From Xylographa opegraphella (taxonomy: Eukaryota), in assembly GCA_022813865.1 (NCBI GenBank), contig JALDZX010000019.1, positions 62,001-126,000 on the forward strand: a stretch of DNA of 64,000 nucleotides, written 5' to 3'. Below the pieces are notes generated by a model that made no database searches, had not been told where the DNA came from, and saw only the letters and a list, made by a program, of their open reading frames with translations. A program made the translations under genes and the position numbers. How positions within the stretch are numbered: position 1 is the stretch's first letter; each line of letters starts with the position of its first letter. Positions 58,382 through 64,000 of this stretch are shown here, one piece after another.

Positions 58382-61025
58382 TCAATAATATTCCTTCCTT
58401 CCGCCAATTCCCCCACGTCGAGTGTAGTTCAACTTTGCCGGCCTCCCACCGCCTCTGCTCGTTCTTTGCGCATTACTGGCCTGCTGCCTTTGGAGGATTT
58501 CGTCAACATTGCTAATCGCTTGAGGCGCTAATTCAGATGCGCCTACTGGCCTTTCGACCCTTGCTTGCAGCATTTCCTCTTCGAAATTGTTATCGTCCGT
58601 TGTGACATCCGCATCTGTCATCTCATCGCTTTCTTCTACTACGGCGAAGCTTTCATCACGACTTGAATCTGGTGAAGAGGCTGGTCGGGTTTCTGTTGGT
58701 GAAAATGTGGCCCCCCGTGACAGCCGGTAGCGGTCAGACGGGATGGCTTCCCGGCCGTCAATGGCTTCAAGGGCTTTTGACGCCTGTCGGAAGTATTGCA
58801 CCGTTTCCTGCTGGCGTTTCTTCTCATCTAGATTAGTGGGCGCGCCTTTAGGGTTATAGCAATAGTATGCGGTAAGTTTCTTATAGCCACGGGTGGCGGA
58901 CCGGAAATTATGGGATGAGGGAGAACCTTCGAGAAAGACCACATTCTGGTCAGAGGATTCCCGACGTTGATCGGTCGCTGCTAGTGCCTCGTTTCGATGA
59001 TTGCTCAAATCCGGTGGTGTGGAAGGACACCCGACATTGGGCTTTGGGGTATGCTCACTGGGTGTATCCTCAGGGACTATGTTCATTCCGCGATCCTTAG
59101 CTGCAAGTAGCCTTGCCACCCAACCATCGATACCAGCAAGCGCTGCAGCAGGGTCTTCCATATTCATTATAAGATATCCTTGAATCTCGGCGGGAGTGAA
59201 CCTGTTCTCCGGTACCCTGCTACCAAATTTTCGAGCCATCTCTCGAAGTTTCTCAAGCTCAATGTTGGTCATCGATGAACCGTCTGGTACGGCCGGTTCT
59301 CCCTGGAGTTGAGACTTCAGTGGTACGGCTGAAACGCCTAATGTAGGCTCTGGTGCGCTTGTTGTAGGCTCTCGTTTTTCAATGAAGATGGCGAGCCAGC
59401 AGAACAAAACTATTACGACTGCCGTGTATATGCCGACCCCAAGTAATAACTTTGATATAACAATTTCGATGTTGCAGAGATAATGGGTCACAGACACTGC
59501 CCAAGTAGGGGGAATTATCCAAACCATTAGGAATATCCACCAAGAGAAGATCGTCAAGCTTCTGATTAGTTTCGTGAATCTAGATTGGTTCTTTGAGTTC
59601 GATTCCGTGCTAGTGTATGAGAGTGCCGAATCATGAGCATCCCTCGTATACATGCGTATGAAGATGTGCTCCGCAACCCTCTGGGATACAGGGCCGAAAA
59701 AAATTTGCATATCGATTCGGCCAGGTCGAATCAGAGCTTCATCGAGAGCCTCTGGGTCATTTGAAGTCATTATCAAGACTCGTCCTTCTTGCGATGTAGC
59801 ACCATCAATGGCATTCAGAAGCCCTGACAGAGTGATTGAGTTTTTGGCTTTCGAGGGTTTGCCTTTGGTCTTCGGCACGTTATCCTGTCCTCTTTCCCGC
59901 CGAATGTTCTCGCGTTTGATTCCTGCTGAATCAATATCTTCAAGCAGGACTATACATTTTCGTGGAAGCGTCTCAAATGTGTCCGCTAAAGCAGCATCCC
60001 CTCTGGGGAATGCGGCAAGATTGATGATATAAAGATCGAGGTGGAAATGCCCTGCGAGCGTCACGCTCATCGAAGTCTTACCGGTGCCTGCATGTCATTA
60101 GCTACAATCAAATTTAGTCGTCTTGCCAGAACATACCTGGAGGACCGTGAAACAGGTATCCGCGGCGGTGGGGAATGCCACGCGTCGCGTAGAACCGAAA
60201 GCTGGCCGGATGAAGATATCTTTGAATATCTTGTACGAGCTGCTCTTTGGTCTTGAGGTCAAGATCAATGGTTCTCAGAGGCCTGGTTGGTCTGCGGACG
60301 GCTCTGAAGGTTTCTATATTCTCTGAAAATTTATAAAAGGTCGTATTGGTTTTCGCATTACTGACTGCTGCCTTGCTACATTCATCGATGAAGGTTTTAA
60401 GGAAGTCTGGAGAAAAGCCGATAGTTGTCAAAACAATCCCTGCAGCCTGAGGTCTACCGCCTTCAGGTGCCTGCCCATATTGTGGTATACTAAGCGGTAC
60501 CATTTGGCGTATACTGTAAATCACCCGCCATCCTCGCCTGAACCAAAGATACTTCTGAGTCGCTGGCTCATAGTAGACAGTTGCGTCTGCTTTAAAGAGC
60601 GATTAAAGTTAGCGAAGACTGTCGACTAGAGTGATCCTTAATGTATCCGAATGGTGAGGGATTGCAAGAAAATAAAGAATATGCCAAAAAGGTAAGTACG
60701 TACAGGCGTGGGGAGGGGGGAATCCTCTTTTTTCGATCTTTGAAGCATTCAAACTGACTGCTCCCAATCCTTTTTTGCTGATGACATTCACAGTCAACCA
60801 ATCTATTACATCTCCACAAAGTGGATCGGTCGCAAGTATCGAAATTGAAACCAGAAAAAAGCTAGCAAATCCACGAATCAGATGCTCCCATATATAGCCA
60901 ATGACATTGAAACCCGCGAGGCTGTATATCACCGGAAGTATGCCTGAGGCTCCGGGAACGTAGCTCTCGACGATACTACTGATATCGCGTGGAAACTTGG
61001 TCCCAGATGTTCTTGTGGAATTCAT
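58382..61025 (-). CDS. BCS1-like AAA+ ATPase, multi-exon, with C-terminal extension
   Basis: BCS1_N-like region (YYEPATQKYLWFRRGW), RPTRPLRTI, FYATRGIPHRRGYLFHGPP|GTGKTS (Walker A split by an intron), CIVLLEDID, ITLSGLLNAIDG...EGRVLIMTSN, ALIRPGRID, FTPAEIQGYL. Confidence 0.9.
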
Positions 61026-62321
61026 CGCGGTCTGTCGTAATGATGCTATCCACGCTGAATTAATCCGCAACTAGAAAACACAAGTATGCGATGACCAGGG
61101 ACGTGGAGCTCAACCACTTTTCACCCATTGCGGTACGCTTCCCATTTCCGAAAACAGTCTCCTTACGCACCAGTGGGCGCGAAAAGAACGTTTGAATAAA
61201 AGCAAACAAAGGCTATCTTTGGTATTCAAGCCAATAGCAGGAGAACGTAATAAGGACTTTCGATCTTGGAAACGGTCGAGCAAGTCTTTGTCAAATTGCA
61301 AAGCCATGACAGCGCATCGCACTTCGAGCACGTTGGTAGAGGAAGTAATTTGCCAGACCATGAAGAGCCACAGAATCACACCTGAGAATTCTACTGAGCT
61401 TATGGTCCAACATGACTACTACATGTTGATGTGGTACCGAAAGTGAAGACTGCATGTGCAAGGGCCGTTTCCATGTACTAATGAAAAATGCGCCTTCGGA
61501 CCCTCGACCGCTCACCGGAGGTCTTAATGGAAAAGCTAAAGTAGGTCCATCGCAAATGAGGATCGATCGCTTGTTGACCACACGACGAACGAACTCAGAA
61601 AGGAATAGGTACCTTAACGTATTGTTTACTGTAAGTCGTTGCTCCGTAAACTATGGTAACGAGTATGAAGGGCATAAAGTAAGGCAAGGAAGGTATCTTA
61701 CCTCAGACATAACGTGAACGGACTAGCCTTACGGCGGTTAGATTATCCTAGCGTGACAGGGCTGTGAAACGCACAGGAGACTTCAGCCTGAGGGTTTATC
61801 AGCTGGAACACCCTGAATTAGGTACCTACCATAGTACCGTACTATGTACCTAATTACTCAACCAATTCTGCCTGTATACGGAGGACTCAACTAATCAAAC
61901 CCCACTGGAATCCAGTTTTGCTCGCAAGATATCGTATTTTAGCGTACGGCCCAGACGTTTGGCGTTATGGGCAGCTAAACATTAACGGAGTTTGATAGAC
62001 GAGCTGAGTAGAACGCCGCAATGATTTGCTTCCACCAGCCGAAACCTGGAGCGGAACGTAAATGTCGCTATCGTCCTGAGCTTATTCCGTTCCTCGCAGT
62101 CTGAGAAGTAAGTTGACACGATTTTTGCGCTTTTACTCACGGTGTGGCTCCTAAAAAGAGATGATTATTTAAGCGGACCGTGATTTATGCTTTATCCGAT
62201 TGGCATGAGCATATTGAGACATGCCATTGAGGCCTGGTAGTTTCTAAATATCGAGCATGATCTAGTTGGAATATCGTGGTGGTTTCCAATTGCGAAGTCC
62301 AGCGTCAATACAAAGATCTCC

Positions 62322-64000
62322 ATGGATGTGGACTTTACCATGAGCGTGAGCGAATGGAGAAGGATCTTCGAAATCCAGAAAAATCATTTATCAGACGAAG
62401 CAAACCCGGTCTCTACCCCACTGGTACTTGCAAGCCCTCGAGTGCCACTGCGGAACATTGAACCTCATTCACTGTCGCCTGGTCACGCCAAAAGTCTGCA
62501 TGGTTCTCCTGTAATTCGAATAACTGGCCGAGGCTCACCTGTTGAAGCAGATGCAGAGAAGAGTCAGAATGCATCTGACAGCGCCGTCAGTCTTTTGCAA
62601 GCACCTACCCTCCCGGAGAGGAGCTATAGCAGTAATGGCAGGTTGGAACAATCCAATATTAAAGCTCCGCCCCCAGTCCCAAGCAAGTCAAGTGCCACAA
62701 TGCAGAAGTTCAAGGCCTTGCACTCGGCAAACACGCCACGCTGGAGTCATCCGGAGTTTTCGCGAATACAGAGCACAAATTCGCATTTACTGGATGACGA
62801 GGACAGAGCTTTCATCTCGATGGTAGACAACGATCTAGAGCAGGGCGAGAGTCTCTCTCCACGAAAACAGGTGTCGCCTCAGATCGAAGAACCGGCTAAT
62901 GCAATCGACGAACCTGGGGACCCTTTTCAGCATGCCTTCCGGCAAGCAACTAATTTTTCAACTAGGGTATTCGGAAACGTGCAAAACTTTGTCACCACTG
63001 TACCACCGAAGCCGCCCAAGCCGGCCGAACTTGGGCGAAAGATCTCGCAGACGGTCAACCCAATGCTTAGCGGAGCGAAGGAAAATCTAGATAAAGTTGT
63101 CCTTGTGGCCAAGCCGGTCGTCACGGAAGTAGGGCGTGGTCTCGAAGAGGTACGAGTCACAGCACAGACCGTGCTTGATGAGACGGGGGTCACCAAAGTC
63201 TTTGAAGAAACGCAGGATGATTTATCAGACGCAGCAGCAAAAATCAGTGGTAAGGAAGGGCTGTGTAGTAAGTGTCAAGCACTTCCGGCAACCCTATGTC
63301 TGTCAGGTAAGGCAGTAGATACCTCAAGCCCAGAGCATGAATGGACGACGCCATTGTCACGAATCATATATCATGCCGATTGGTGCCGAGTCTGTCACCT
63401 GCTACAAAACATGTTGTGCGAGCCTGGTAATGACCCGCTCAAGCATCCTGCCGTTGCTCCTTACGTACAGGAGGAAATCTCTGGGTGGACCATGCGGGAT
63501 TGGATCATGGCAGGTTGGGTTTTTAATGATGCCTGTTGGCCTTTTGGCCTCGGAGAATTCCGGCACGAGGGCGCTTCATATCTGCCCGGGCCTTCAGGTC
63601 AAAAACTTGGAGAGATCTTCGGCCGAGCTGGGCGTCTTGCGACTAGCTATGGTGTTCGAACCGCAATAAATCCTCGTAGGAGTTTCAAAGAGGGCACAAG
63701 AGATCAAGCATATCGAGAAAAGCTTAAACTTGAGCGAGAGAAGCAAAATCGCTATCCTCTTAGCTGCGTTGTCAAAATCACGACAAGAACACAGCCCGGA
63801 ATGCGATTGCCTGGTATGCTGTTCGTCAGTTTGTATGGTTACGGGAGAAAAGTCGGAGCCGACCTCCAGATCCTCAGCAGCTTTAAGCTGCGAGCTACCT
63901 CATCAAAAGCGTCGAGTGATGTCGATAATTTGATTTTGTCACGCACGACTGGCTCGTTCTCTTATGGAAGACTGTTGGACTCAGATTGGATCGATCCTTC
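62322..64000 (+). CDS. 5' part of a long ORF running off the window; probable HET (TOL-like) domain protein
   Basis: By manual translation the frame from ATG 62322 has no stop up to 64000 (~560 codons). It contains LCSKCQAL...WCRVCHLL and ends SYGRLLDSDWIDP, a pattern I associate with the region just upstream of fungal HET domains. The domain itself lies outside the window. Confidence 0.6.
   Translation, partial: MDVDFTMSVSEWRRIFEIQKNHLSDEANPVSTPLVLASPRVPLRNIEPHSLSPGHAKSLHGSPVIRITGRGSPVEADAEKSQNASDSAVSLLQAPTLPERSYSSNGRLEQSNIKAPPPVPSKSSATMQKFKALHSANTPRWSHPEFSRIQSTNSHLLDDEDRAFISMVDNDLEQGESLSPRKQVSPQIEEPANAIDEPGDPFQHAFRQATNFSTRVFGNVQNFVTTVPPKPPKPAELGRKISQTVNPMLSGAKENLDKVVLVAKPVVTEVGRGLEEVRVTAQTVLDETGVTKVFEETQDDLSDAAAKISGKEGLCSKCQALPATLCLSGKAVDTSSPEHEWTTPLSRIIYHADWCRVCHLLQNMLCEPGNDPLKHPAVAPYVQEEISGWTMRDWIMAGWVFNDACWPFGLGEFRHEGASYLPGPSGQKLGEIFGRAGRLATSYGVRTAINPRRSFKEGTRDQAYREKLKLEREKQNRYPLSCVVKITTRTQPGMRLPGMLFVSLYGYGRKVGADLQILSSFKLRATSSKASSDVDNLILSRTTGSFSYGRLLDSDWIDP

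Overview
Gene-dense, intron-containing DNA from a filamentous ascomycete (Pezizomycotina-type GT-AG introns with CTRAY branch sites). No rRNA, tRNA, CRISPR array or intact transposon was recognised. About 23 protein-coding loci were read. Housekeeping genes: SEA4/MIOS-like 3' part, uridine nucleosidase, glycogenin, CLU1, RLP24, PAM18, an F-box/LRR protein with a CAAX box, two Zn2Cys6 factors, one C2H2 factor, hydrolases, a ferric reductase and a BCS1-like ATPase. Accessory-looking loci: an NLR-like NACHT-ankyrin gene whose P-loop is frameshifted by a 17-nt triplication, a GC-rich intronless MDR oxidoreductase, two minisatellites, and a probable HET-domain gene running off the right edge. The standout is an intronless ~1150-aa fusion at 46663-50184 (-) joining four enzymes: a SAM methyltransferase-like domain, a covalent-FAD (BBE/VAO-type) oxidase, an animal-type phosphomevalonate kinase/NMP-kinase fold and an adenine phosphoribosyltransferase. 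It looks like a one-polypeptide pathway for a modified purine or nucleotide, possibly isoprenoid-adenine (cytokinin-like) chemistry. All family assignments come from motif recognition by eye; no searches were run.
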